Origin: a virus
Taxonomy: Duplodnaviria > Heunggongvirae > Uroviricota > Caudoviricetes
Virus record (IMG/VR): IMGVR_UViG_3300000944_000006
Location: 82,380-146,379 of that record
Length of the DNA: 64,000 bases
Reading direction: 5' to 3' (one strand)
In this document: piece by piece, positions 48,448 to 56,614 of the stretch
Numbering within the stretch: position 1 is the stretch's first letter
How the letters are laid out: each line of letters begins with the position of its first letter
The notes under the pieces: generated by a model
What the model saw: the letters and a program-made list of their open reading frames with translations, nothing else
Database searches by the model: none
Told to the model about the DNA's origin: nothing
Translations under genes and position numbers: made by a program

Positions 48448-48856
48448 CTTTGTCTTCTTCTTCTTCCATTTGTTTAATCACATCATCTATGGAACCAATT
48501 GAAGATATTTCTTTTGCTTGATTTGTTTTGTCATTTTTTGTGTCTGCTACGTGCCCGCCACTTTTATGAATATTCATTTTTGTTTCTTGAAGTGTACCAA
48601 ATTCTTTTACAAGTTTAGCGATAGAATCATAAATTTTAGGAAGGTCTGAATCTGTAGCAAGTTGTGCAGCATCTATTATGGATTGCTCTAATATAGCTTC
48701 GACGCGTTTTATCGCAGTTATTGAATCATCTTTATCTTCGATTTCGTTATTTTTTATTGCAACTTTACCTGCTTTAACGATATCAGATGATTTTCTTTTT
48801 ATTTTTTCAAGCCCTGCAAGTTGCTTGTCTATGTCGTCTATCTTTTTATTTGACAT
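48428..48856 (-). CDS. gp16: Terminase small subunit
   Basis: Directly upstream of gp17; helical, SDLPKIYDSIAKL. Confidence 0.75.
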   Translation of the reverse strand: MSNKKIDDIDKQLAGLEKIKRKSSDIVKAGKVAIKNNEIEDKDDSITAIKRVEAILEQSIIDAAQLATDSDLPKIYDSIAKLVKEFGTLQETKMNIHKSGGHVADTKNDKTNQAKEISSIGSIDDVIKQMEEEEDKDANDDE

Positions 48857-48861
48857 ATTTG

Positions 48862-48869
48862 TATTTATA
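48862..48869 (-). promoter_or_regulatory. Late promoter, leaderless configuration
   Basis: TATAAATA-CAAAT-ATG(48856). Confidence 0.75.
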
Positions 48870-48907
48870 CAATAACTTAATAAGTGTTATAATTTTGGTT
48901 TATTGTT

Positions 48908-49207
48908 ATGTACAAATATTATGTAGAAGGTCGCTTAGAATATTTTAAGAGTGATAATTGCTTTGACATTAATTTTTCTGTTTTCCTCGAAGAAAAATAT
49001 GTGCGCTTCAATGCTGAAAACTTTTTAAGCCATATAGATGATGAAGATTTTTTAGAAAAAAATGATGGAAAGATTGTTGGAATATGGTTTAAGTGTCCGA
49101 TAGATTTTTCACATAAACTTTACAAGAGTATGTGTTGGATTTATGATGAAATGGATGAAAATACGGATATTGAATATGAAATTGATAGTGTGATTATATT
49201 ACAATGA
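48908..49207 (+). CDS. YKYK-family small protein
   Basis: MYKYYVEG...VGIWF...EIDSVI. Confidence 0.72.
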   Translation: MYKYYVEGRLEYFKSDNCFDINFSVFLEEKYVRFNAENFLSHIDDEDFLEKNDGKIVGIWFKCPIDFSHKLYKSMCWIYDEMDENTDIEYEIDSVIILQ

Positions 49208-49479
49208 TGTTTAAATATTATATTGTTGGTGATGTGTCGTTTTATAAAACGAGTAATAAATATGCTATTCTTGGACAATATAAAGACCCCGTTAGATTTA
49301 GTGGATTGCACAAATTTTCTAGCGCATGTGGTGTTTATATTAAAGACTATAGTGAAGTAAAAATGTGGTTTAGAAGTATATTAAATAATGGCGAAATTCT
49401 TTGGGTTTATCAAAACGGTAAATTTATAAACGAAAACGATTATATTATAGATAAAATCGAATTTGTGAGCAAAAGATGA
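49204..49479 (+). CDS. YKYK-family small protein
   Basis: FKYYIVG...VKMWF...IIDKIE. Confidence 0.72.
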   Translation: MMFKYYIVGDVSFYKTSNKYAILGQYKDPVRFSGLHKFSSACGVYIKDYSEVKMWFRSILNNGEILWVYQNGKFINENDYIIDKIEFVSKR

Positions 49480-49736
49480 ACAAATATTGTGTTAGTGGGT
49501 ATGTGTCCTTTTATAAACGTGCTGATAAATTTAATGTTTTTGATGACATTAACATTAAATTCTTTGACCTAAATAAATTTACCAAAATCTGTTCGGTCAA
49601 AGATTACAGTCGTGTAAAAATTTATTTTAGAAGTAGTTTAACATTAACTGAAATGCAAAATTCAAAATACACATCATCATTTCAAGTTGGTAGTGATTAT
49701 ATTATAGACAAAGTTGAAATTATAGAAGTTTTATAA
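49476..49736 (+). CDS. YKYK-family small protein (recent duplicate of the previous gene)
   Basis: KYCVSG...KDYSRVKIYF...DYIIDKVE. Confidence 0.72.
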   Translation: MNKYCVSGYVSFYKRADKFNVFDDINIKFFDLNKFTKICSVKDYSRVKIYFRSSLTLTEMQNSKYTSSFQVGSDYIIDKVEIIEVL

Positions 49737-49738
49737 TC

Positions 49739-50491
49739 TTAATCTTCGTCACTTTCAAGGTCTTCTGTGGTAAAAGAAACTGTCCAATCGTCGTCAAGAT
49801 TTGCGTCAAAAGGACTAACTTGTGTTACTTTGACCGCGCCTTCTTCTATAGAAACTAATTCTACACGCCGTATAACTTGCCGTGTCTTTTTCTGTGAATA
49901 ATATTTCACAGGGGCTTGAAAGGTTATTATAAATTCTCTTTCGTCTATTGTATCTCTATCGTCTCTATCCGCTTGGAATGTTGAAGACAGTAATTTAAAA
50001 GGTACATCATCAACATGATTAGTGACGCCTTCAATAGGCTTTATGTTGATTGTAAAGTCTGGTGAAAAATATGGTATTATTTGTTCGAAAACCTGAAAAA
50101 CTTCACTCTCTTTTCTAGCAACAATCGTTAATTCTATTGTTAGGTTATAAGGAACAGGTTGAAAAAACTTCAAAACGCTGTCTGCTTCATTATCACCAAC
50201 ATTTTGTATTCTTAGTGGCACTAACTTACTTTTTTGTCTTTCTGAATCATATTCAAAATCGACTAATTCAAAAGACATGATAGGCAATCTACGTCTTACT
50301 TGCGCCGAAGAATATTCTGCATCATTTAGTTGCCTGATATATTTAAGATATTTCTGGCGTCCACCATATTTTAAAGGAACTTTATATATGGTTCCATCAG
50401 CACGTTCAATTTTGATATTGTTGAAAAGTGCAATAAATCCTGCAACAACTTTCTCTGTGGTAGAATTATAAAATGGGTCTTGTGTTAACAT
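49739..50491 (-). CDS. gp15: Tail sheath stabiliser / terminator
   Basis: LFNNIKI, VPLKYG, LPIMSFE, PVPYNL, EQIIPYFSP. Confidence 0.92.
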   Translation of the reverse strand: MLTQDPFYNSTTEKVVAGFIALFNNIKIERADGTIYKVPLKYGGRQKYLKYIRQLNDAEYSSAQVRRRLPIMSFELVDFEYDSERQKSKLVPLRIQNVGDNEADSVLKFFQPVPYNLTIELTIVARKESEVFQVFEQIIPYFSPDFTINIKPIEGVTNHVDDVPFKLLSSTFQADRDDRDTIDEREFIITFQAPVKYYSQKKTRQVIRRVELVSIEEGAVKVTQVSPFDANLDDDWTVSFTTEDLESDED

Positions 50492-50498
50492 GTATTTT

Positions 50499-50506
50499 TA
50501 TTTATA
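50499..50506 (-). promoter_or_regulatory. Late promoter, near-leaderless; overlaps a plus-strand TATAAT
   Basis: TATAAATA-N7-ATG(50491). Plus strand: TTGTGT-N17-TATAAT-N6-ATG(50515). Confidence 0.65.
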
Positions 50507-50514
50507 ATAGAAAT

Positions 50515-50790
50515 ATGTACAAGTATAAAATATATGGACAGGTAGATAATTTAGTATCTAATGGTCGCGTAGATATAGATTATCCCAATTCAAAATCTAA
50601 TTTTGATGATTTCGAAGGTTTTTATGTATCTTTCGATTTACATGATATTATGCTCTATGATAGTAACATTTATTCTGGTAAGTATGTAACCATCTATTTC
50701 GAAACTTCGGTTAAAATAAGTGGTTTGCGAAGTCCGCATTTAGACATGATAGATGATGATTGTAAAATAATAGGAGTTAAAAGTGGCTAA
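50515..50790 (+). CDS. YKYK-family small protein
   Basis: MYKYKIYG...YVTIYFET. Confidence 0.75.
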   Translation: MYKYKIYGQVDNLVSNGRVDIDYPNSKSNFDDFEGFYVSFDLHDIMLYDSNIYSGKYVTIYFETSVKISGLRSPHLDMIDDDCKIIGVKSG

Positions 50791-51082
50791 GATGTACAAA
50801 TATAAACTGCGTGGACATGTTGATAAAAATGGTGTTGATAGACCATGCACAATCGACATAGACCATCCTTCATTAGATTCTGCTAGTGGGAATCATTTTT
50901 ATATAACATTTGACGAAGCTAGTGTGCTAGAACATTTGCCAGATATTTGTCACCGTAATTATGTAACAATATATTTCGAAACACATTACACTTATTCACA
51001 ACTTAAAGAAGTTTTCGAGGAAAATAAAAACATCAATCTATCTGACGGTGATTGTACGATTATGAAGATGTATTATCATTAA
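50783..51082 (+). CDS. YKYK-family small protein (paralogue of the previous gene)
   Basis: MYKYKLRG...YVTIYFET. Confidence 0.75.
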   Translation: MAKMYKYKLRGHVDKNGVDRPCTIDIDHPSLDSASGNHFYITFDEASVLEHLPDICHRNYVTIYFETHYTYSQLKEVFEENKNINLSDGDCTIMKMYYH

Positions 51083-51735
51083 TCGTCATCGAAAACTTCA
51101 CCAAATGGATTGTCTATAGTTGTGTCTAACCAATCGTCATTTATTACTTCGTCTTCAATATCTGGTTCTGCGGAATTGTTTGCATTAGCCTGATTTTCAG
51201 GCTGTTGAATATCTTCTATGACGCTATCCACTTGCTTATCGCCTGTATCAATAATGTCGCCATCATCTGTGTAAAGTTCGCAATTGATTTTCCATGTGAA
51301 TCTTTTCTGAAACATAAAATACTCTTCCCATTTTCTAACAGACGTTATTTCATAGATAGAATTATTCATAGGAACATAGAGCAAATCACCTTCGCGTGGA
51401 CGTATGATGTCTGGTTCATTATATGTCACTTCTTCTTCAAAACGTTCTTTATGAACTTCAAAAGAAAATGATGTTTTTAAATCAATACCTATATCAGATA
51501 AAAGGTCTTCGCCAATAAATGTATCTGTGTTTTCAAGATAGAATTCAAGAGGATATGAATCGTCAAAAATTGACTGCGTGATTTCTCCAAGAACACGGTC
51601 TTCTTCAAGTATGCTTCTTGGAAGATACCTAAGTTCCATGCCATGTATTTGAATAATTTCTTTTGTAATATTGTTTAGAAGATTTTGCTCATTTCCGTTG
51701 GCAAATTCTGCGAAATATGGGTTGATTTTGCTCAT
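51079..51735 (-). CDS. gp14: Neck protein
   Basis: INPYF, EQNLL, YLPR, RPREGDLLY. Confidence 0.93.
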   Translation of the reverse strand: MSKINPYFAEFANGNEQNLLNNITKEIIQIHGMELRYLPRSILEEDRVLGEITQSIFDDSYPLEFYLENTDTFIGEDLLSDIGIDLKTSFSFEVHKERFEEEVTYNEPDIIRPREGDLLYVPMNNSIYEITSVRKWEEYFMFQKRFTWKINCELYTDDGDIIDTGDKQVDSVIEDIQQPENQANANNSAEPDIEDEVINDDWLDTTIDNPFGEVFDDD

Positions 51736-51740
51736 ATGGT

Positions 51741-51752
51741 TATTTATAAACA
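51741..51752. promoter_or_regulatory. Overlapping divergent late promoters, both N5-ATG
   Basis: Minus: TATAAATA-ACCAT-ATG(51735). Plus: TATAAACA-TATCT-ATG(51758). Confidence 0.7.
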
Positions 51753-51757
51753 TATCT

Positions 51758-52246
51758 ATGCAAAAAGAAGAAACAAAAAATTATCCCATTGTTGTTTCAA
51801 TGAAACAACTGCCAGAAATTGTGGATACTTATGGATATACATGGTTTGTTGAAAATTATTACAAAATCACAGACCTAGAAAAGAAATTTAAGAATATCGG
51901 AAATGGGCAAAAGCCAAATGGGATAGCGCCATCATATGATGTATCAAATAAAGACCTTGAAGCACAAGACGCCCGAAGAAAAGGGTTATCATCTTCTTGG
52001 CAAGAGATGGTAGCCATACAAAAAAAATTAGGTAAGTCTGGTAATATTGAAGCTGCTAAAGAAATGAAAAATATAGTTTCTGAATTTAAAAAGGCTTATT
52101 TAGGAACATGTTATGTTATTGGACGAATTTGTCCAAATTATAGTGGCGATTGTCCTTGGATAGAAATTAAAGACATTCCAGAAGAAATATACGAGCATTA
52201 TGATATGGCGCTAAATTTTTTAGATTTAGTGTCTGCCACAGATTAA
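51758..52246 (+). CDS. Hypothetical late protein
   Basis: 162 aa from MQKEET. Confidence 0.6.
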   Translation: MQKEETKNYPIVVSMKQLPEIVDTYGYTWFVENYYKITDLEKKFKNIGNGQKPNGIAPSYDVSNKDLEAQDARRKGLSSSWQEMVAIQKKLGKSGNIEAAKEMKNIVSEFKKAYLGTCYVIGRICPNYSGDCPWIEIKDIPEEIYEHYDMALNFLDLVSATD

Positions 52247-52578
52247 GCAATCTGTTTAACGTGGTCTATTGACATTTCTTCTTTTACGATGGTGAACATC
52301 ATTTCACCTTCCGAGCCTTGTGAAATATTTTTATAGAATTCTATTTCTTCGGATGTTGTGAAATATATTTCATATATGTGTTTTTCTGGGTCTGACTTAT
52401 CAAATCTATCTGGTGATGTAACTTTCACTTTAGGAAATTTTATTCTTGTCCCAGAAACTATACCTTCAGAAAAAATTATAATTTTAGGGTGAAATTCTCT
52501 TGTTTTTTCTTTTAGTGTAGTAGGATGGTTAATAAAATCATCCATGTTGAATTGCCCTGTTATTTTATACTTGTACAT
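52243..52578 (-). CDS. YKYK-family small protein
   Basis: MYKYKITG...YEIYFT...SIDHVK. Confidence 0.75.
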   Translation of the reverse strand: MYKYKITGQFNMDDFINHPTTLKEKTREFHPKIIIFSEGIVSGTRIKFPKVKVTSPDRFDKSDPEKHIYEIYFTTSEEIEFYKNISQGSEGEMMFTIVKEEMSIDHVKQIA

Positions 52579-52598
52579 GATTTACTCTGTCAATGTCT

Positions 52599-52606
52599 TA
52601 TAAATA
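52599..52606 (+). promoter_or_regulatory. Late promoter, leaderless configuration
   Basis: TATAAATA-TGTTC-ATG(52612). Confidence 0.75.
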
Positions 52607-52611
52607 TGTTC

Positions 52612-53211
52612 ATGGGAAACATTTTAAAAACTGCTATTATAGTATCGTTAATTTCTATCACAAGTATATCTTGCAGGCCAAGTACAGTCAATTATAAAAT
52701 TTCTAAGTCCGCCATACCAAATTTAAACATAGATTCTAAGCTTATACGTTGCGGAACAAAAGCAGGCACAGTTACCATACTTAATGGTGATACATATTTG
52801 ACAAACGCGCATGTTGTAACAGGATGTCGTCCTACGATAGATGGTAAATATATTCCTGTTAAATACACAAGCTTAGAAAAAGACATAGCCTTGCTAGGCG
52901 AAGGAACCAATGTTTCTAATGTGTCGTGTAACTATCTTTATGGAAAGTTTGCATCATTCTATGGATACCCCGCAGGCGCACCACAAGGTATTATGGGTCT
53001 TATAGAAGATAGTGGTAAAGTTCAACGAGACGTTCCTTTTGGCTTTGCAGAAGGGTTTGTCTATCAAGGAATGTCTGGTTCTCCAATCGTTCTTGATAGA
53101 AAACTTTATGGTATTATATTTGCATCATCCGCCGATAATAAAGGTATGTATTATATCACTGGCCCCCAAATTTGTGAATTTCTCTATGACAATGGAATAA
53201 TTTCTAAATAA
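52612..53211 (+). CDS. Trypsin-like serine protease with lipoprotein-type signal peptide
   Basis: Triad motifs TNAH, DIALL, GMSGSP; hydrophobic N-terminus ending SISC. Confidence 0.82.
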   Translation: MGNILKTAIIVSLISITSISCRPSTVNYKISKSAIPNLNIDSKLIRCGTKAGTVTILNGDTYLTNAHVVTGCRPTIDGKYIPVKYTSLEKDIALLGEGTNVSNVSCNYLYGKFASFYGYPAGAPQGIMGLIEDSGKVQRDVPFGFAEGFVYQGMSGSPIVLDRKLYGIIFASSADNKGMYYITGPQICEFLYDNGIISK

Positions 53212-53272
53212 ATTTTATCTTGAAAATATATTTCTTTAGTGTTATTTATCAGATAAATTTAATACTGGTGAT

Positions 53273-53677
53273 GTGTATATGGATTATGAAGAATTGGGAT
53301 ATCATGATTTAGAACAACTTCGAAAAAATCTAAAAAAGACGTATAAAAGTGCTAAGAAGCATGTAACCAAAACTGGTGATTATATTGATTTAGAATCGAT
53401 GAAATGTCGTATTGAAGAAGTTACAGCACAAATGAAAAAACGATTAGGTAACGATACTGAAACTACAAAACAATATATTAAAACTGTTCCTGAATTTGGT
53501 ATATTAGCACATTTTAACAAACACACTAAAAAACCTAAAGTAGGATATAAAACACTTGACATAGCTGTCGAGAAAAGTGGTGAACTTTCAAAAAAATATG
53601 ATAAAAAATATATACCATATTTTTGTTCTTTTTGTAGTAAGTATCACTTAACGACAAAGAAAATATTTGACAAATAA
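53273..53677 (+). CDS. Hypothetical protein with C-terminal CxxC-H zinc motif
   Basis: PYFCSFCSKYHLT. Confidence 0.65.
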   Translation: MYMDYEELGYHDLEQLRKNLKKTYKSAKKHVTKTGDYIDLESMKCRIEEVTAQMKKRLGNDTETTKQYIKTVPEFGILAHFNKHTKKPKVGYKTLDIAVEKSGELSKKYDKKYIPYFCSFCSKYHLTTKKIFDK

Positions 53678-53728
53678 GTATATGTATGATTTAGTTCTAT
53701 AAATTAACTTTAAAAAGAAAGATATTTT

Positions 53729-53896
53729 ATGTTTAAAAAATCGTCGTTTGACAAAGGATGGGACGCAAACAAATCTGGTAAAGAACTGGAAGAAGGTTTT
53801 GCTGATATGAATGCAGAAGTTAATTCTTCTGTTTATTTCGAGTATAAAAACGGCTTTGAAGCAGCACAGCGTGACACGGATTTCGTAGAAGCTTAA
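53729..53896 (+). CDS. 55-aa protein, possibly Rmf-like fold
   Basis: Manual translation MFKKSSFDKGWDANKSG...YFEYKNGFEAAQRD; followed by a terminator. Confidence 0.55.
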   Translation: MFKKSSFDKGWDANKSGKELEEGFADMNAEVNSSVYFEYKNGFEAAQRDTDFVEA

Positions 53897-53920
53897 AGTT
53901 GTAAATACAACAATTTAAGT

Positions 53921-53951
53921 AAAGCCCTGTTCGAAAGAGTAGGGCTTTTTA
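53921..53951. terminator. Intrinsic terminator between convergent genes
   Basis: AAAGCCCT/AGGGCTTT arms followed by T-tract. Confidence 0.8.
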
Positions 53952-54222
53952 TTTTATTTCCACGCGTTCTACTATATAAGGTGATTGTACCCATTCATGC
54001 TTTTTAAGTAGTAAATATTGGTCTTCTTTTGAGGAAAAATAAATAGTGACATGCACTTCATCTAAACATACAAGAGCGATGCTTTTTAATTCTTTTTGTT
54101 TTTTGGGACTAATTGCTATTTCATCGCTTAAATATATTTTTTTTCCCATGTATATTTGTGACAAGCAACTCATTAAACTTGGTTAAAGAAAGTATTCCAA
54201 AGAATTTGTACTTATAAGAAAT
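53949..54222 (-). pseudogene. Frameshifted YKYK-family gene (A8 tract, ATT start)
   Basis: SYKYKFFG is in a different frame from VTIYF...IVERVE; the shift falls in the A8 run at 54137-54144. Confidence 0.55.
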
Positions 54223-54314
54223 GTTTGTATCCTTAAGGTCTTCTGAAAGGGCGTGTGTGATATTAAATATAACGTATCCTACTTGTGATGATAACATAAT
54301 ATACTTGTGAATAA

Positions 54315-54367
54315 ATTAAGTCAATGTTATTTATTTTCTTGACTTAATATTTTGGTCGTGGTATATA
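54315..54367. promoter_or_regulatory. Back-to-back TTGACT promoters forming a 10-bp inverted repeat
   Basis: ATTAAGTCAA...TTGACTTAAT; plus strand TTGACT-N17-TATATA. Confidence 0.5.
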
Positions 54368-54399
54368 ATGATTGTAGAAACGATTTGGGAGAATCAATT

Positions 54400-54747
54400 A
54401 TGGGACAATTTAGTTTTTTAACACAAGATACAGGAACTTCTGTAAGTAGTATGAAGCCTGCAAACGTATATTTGACTTCACCTTCTGGACAAGTTTGGCA
54501 CGAAACCAGTTATAAAGGATATGGGGTTTTTGGTGGTAAAGATATCTATGAACTTCTTTCTGAACTAAATGGCGGAAAGTCTTGTCGTGATGAAGGCATA
54601 GGTATGGCTTATGAAGGTGCAGATGGTACTGAATATCCTTTTGGGGATAATCCTAATATCGTTTGGCCTAATCTTACACGCCGTAAAAAACCCTATGATG
54701 TTCGTCGCGGGCCTGTAAAAGGATGCCCAGAACAGGGATGGACGTAG
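54400..54747 (+). CDS. Hypothetical phage protein (YxGYGVFGGKD family)
   Basis: GGGAGA SD; MGQFSFLTQDT start. Confidence 0.7.
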   Translation: MGQFSFLTQDTGTSVSSMKPANVYLTSPSGQVWHETSYKGYGVFGGKDIYELLSELNGGKSCRDEGIGMAYEGADGTEYPFGDNPNIVWPNLTRRKKPYDVRRGPVKGCPEQGWT

Positions 54748-54749
54748 TT

Positions 54750-55223
54750 ATGACAAAAGTTAAAACGCAAAAAATTTATGATTCTTTTTTGGAAAAATAT
54801 TCTGAAGACACTATATCTGATATGATGGAAAAAATGTCTTCTAATGGAAGAAAATATACAATCAGCGTATTTAAAGTTATTTCATACGAAAATAATATGG
54901 CGCATCTTGAAGTATATAATGTTGATACTGATGATGAAAAAGACGCTTTTTATGCCGAATATGATAAAAAGCTTGACTGTATAGTTCACGCATGTATTGA
55001 TAATAACATAGTTTCTACTGTGGATGAAAAGAATAAAACTTGGTTAGCATTTGTGGATACAACTGATGGGCAAGATAGAGAATCTTGGTCGCCATTTTAT
55101 ATTGATATATTTTCTGCCGATACTGAAGCTGAAGCAAAACGTATTGGAGAAAAGTTTTTAAAAGAATGGCAGAAAAAAGAAGGCGTCACTTATGGCGAAG
55201 TCTTTGTGCGAATAACTGATTAA
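54750..55223 (+). CDS. Hypothetical acidic protein
   Basis: Operon-packed ORF. Confidence 0.6.
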   Translation: MTKVKTQKIYDSFLEKYSEDTISDMMEKMSSNGRKYTISVFKVISYENNMAHLEVYNVDTDDEKDAFYAEYDKKLDCIVHACIDNNIVSTVDEKNKTWLAFVDTTDGQDRESWSPFYIDIFSADTEAEAKRIGEKFLKEWQKKEGVTYGEVFVRITD

Positions 55224-55233
55224 TAGGATAGAT

Positions 55234-55449
55234 ATGAAAGAATATGATAAAATTCCTTCTATAAAAGAAGCTATTGAAATATACAGCAATGATGTAAAAA
55301 TGTTTTATAAAAATGACGAAGACATTCTTGAAGAAATCACATCACTTGAATATTCAATGGGATTATGTGATGTAAGAACAACGCAGGCCGAATATTCTAA
55401 TCTTAGCATTTCTGGGGTTTCTCTGTACACAAAATCATATGGTGACTAA
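55234..55449 (+). CDS. Hypothetical protein
   Basis: 71 aa with AGGA SD. Confidence 0.55.
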   Translation: MKEYDKIPSIKEAIEIYSNDVKMFYKNDEDILEEITSLEYSMGLCDVRTTQAEYSNLSISGVSLYTKSYGD

Positions 55450-55477
55450 TTAGTCCTTGACGTTTGGTTTTCGCATG

Positions 55478-55594
55478 TATAAATAGAATTACCGCTCAAC
55501 CACAGCCGTCTACAGGCGAGTGTTTGATGACTTTAAATAGTTATAAGATGTTTAAATTACCTCACCATCAATCACAAATTTATCGCCTGTAGAC
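55478..55594 (+). ncRNA. Candidate late-transcribed rod-like structured RNA
   Basis: TATAAATA at 55478; 12-bp perfect inverted repeat 55508-55519/55583-55594 with nested inner stems; no ORF. Confidence 0.45.
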
Positions 55595-55613
55595 ATTTTG
55601 ATATTAAAGAGTA

Positions 55614-55922
55614 ATGGACATGACATACAAATATAAGATGACAGGTCAATTTAATTCGACAAATATTTTTAATATGCCGTGTACTAATAAAATCAAAAGA
55701 AAAACAGCTTTGTATATCGATAACATATTTGTATCGTGTGAAGTATTTGCTTCACGTTTTGGAAAAGACATTCCTACGACCACACATAATTATGAACAAG
55801 CTATGAAAATAGATTTTCAAGATACTTACACCGTCTATTTTGAAAGCGTCTTAATGCCATCAGAAATCAATTTTGCTGATATAGATGACATTAAGCTTGT
55901 TCATATAAAAAAAGTGAACTAA
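55614..55922 (+). CDS. YKYK-family small protein
   Basis: TYKYKMTGQF...YTVYFE...IKLVHI. Confidence 0.75.
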   Translation: MDMTYKYKMTGQFNSTNIFNMPCTNKIKRKTALYIDNIFVSCEVFASRFGKDIPTTTHNYEQAMKIDFQDTYTVYFESVLMPSEINFADIDDIKLVHIKKVN

Positions 55923-56038
55923 ACTCTTGACACGCTCCATAACCATCTCTATACAGAATTCATTATAGCACATTATTATGTGTAAAGCCTTTTTGTTATA
56001 ATAATAAAAACTAAAAAAAGAAATAAGGTCTTTAATAA

Positions 56039-56404
56039 ATGAAAAATAAAATTAACTTTGAAGTAACACGCGAAAAGAGTAAGTATTCTTGGACAGCGAA
56101 ATCGTCTAATGGGCGTATTGTAGGTAAATCGCATAAAACATATTCACGCCGCGACGATTGTGAAAATAACGCTGCACGACATGGTATGCCGCCGATGCAT
56201 TATGACCACGCAGACCAATGGAACCTACGTCATCAAGACAAATGGGAAATTATTCGCGAAGACGGTAAATACACATGGAACCGTTTATCAGCAAATGGCC
56301 GTATAATTGGCGAATCTACTAAAGCGTTTTCTCGTCGTATTGACTGTGTTGCAAACGCAACTATGTTCGGTTTTGACGAAAAAACAATGGCAGTTGCTGC
56401 TTAA
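56039..56404 (+). CDS. YegP/DUF1508-like protein with two tandem repeats
   Basis: KYSW...SNGRIVGKS..Y.RR.DC..NA occurs twice. Confidence 0.8.
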   Translation: MKNKINFEVTREKSKYSWTAKSSNGRIVGKSHKTYSRRDDCENNAARHGMPPMHYDHADQWNLRHQDKWEIIREDGKYTWNRLSANGRIIGESTKAFSRRIDCVANATMFGFDEKTMAVAA

Positions 56405-56426
56405 ATAAAAAACATTTATAGATTTT

Positions 56427-56479
56427 AAAAACGAAGCACATGCAATATTCGTGGTTTCATGGGTAGGTGCTTCGTTTTT
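56427..56479. terminator. Long hairpin / bidirectional terminator
   Basis: 13-bp perfect arms AAAAACGAAGCAC/GTGCTTCGTTTTT. Confidence 0.65.
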
Positions 56480-56614
56480 ATTTTTGACAATATTTCTACC
56501 ACAAATATCATCATTTACCTTTGGGTTTTGTCTAGTTAACTCAATAACTTTTCTTAACCTGTTACGTAAATATGTCACTATGATAAATGTTGTGCGCCCT
56601 GAAGGATATGATGC

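Noticed and set aside
48908-51082. Diversity-generating retroelement behind the YKYK family
   Set aside because: No reverse transcriptase in the window, and the similar pairs differ at all base types, consistent with ordinary tandem duplication.
56288-56578. 96-aa minus-strand ORF
   Set aside because: It crosses a strong hairpin and overlaps the YegP-like gene antisense; no recognisable motif.
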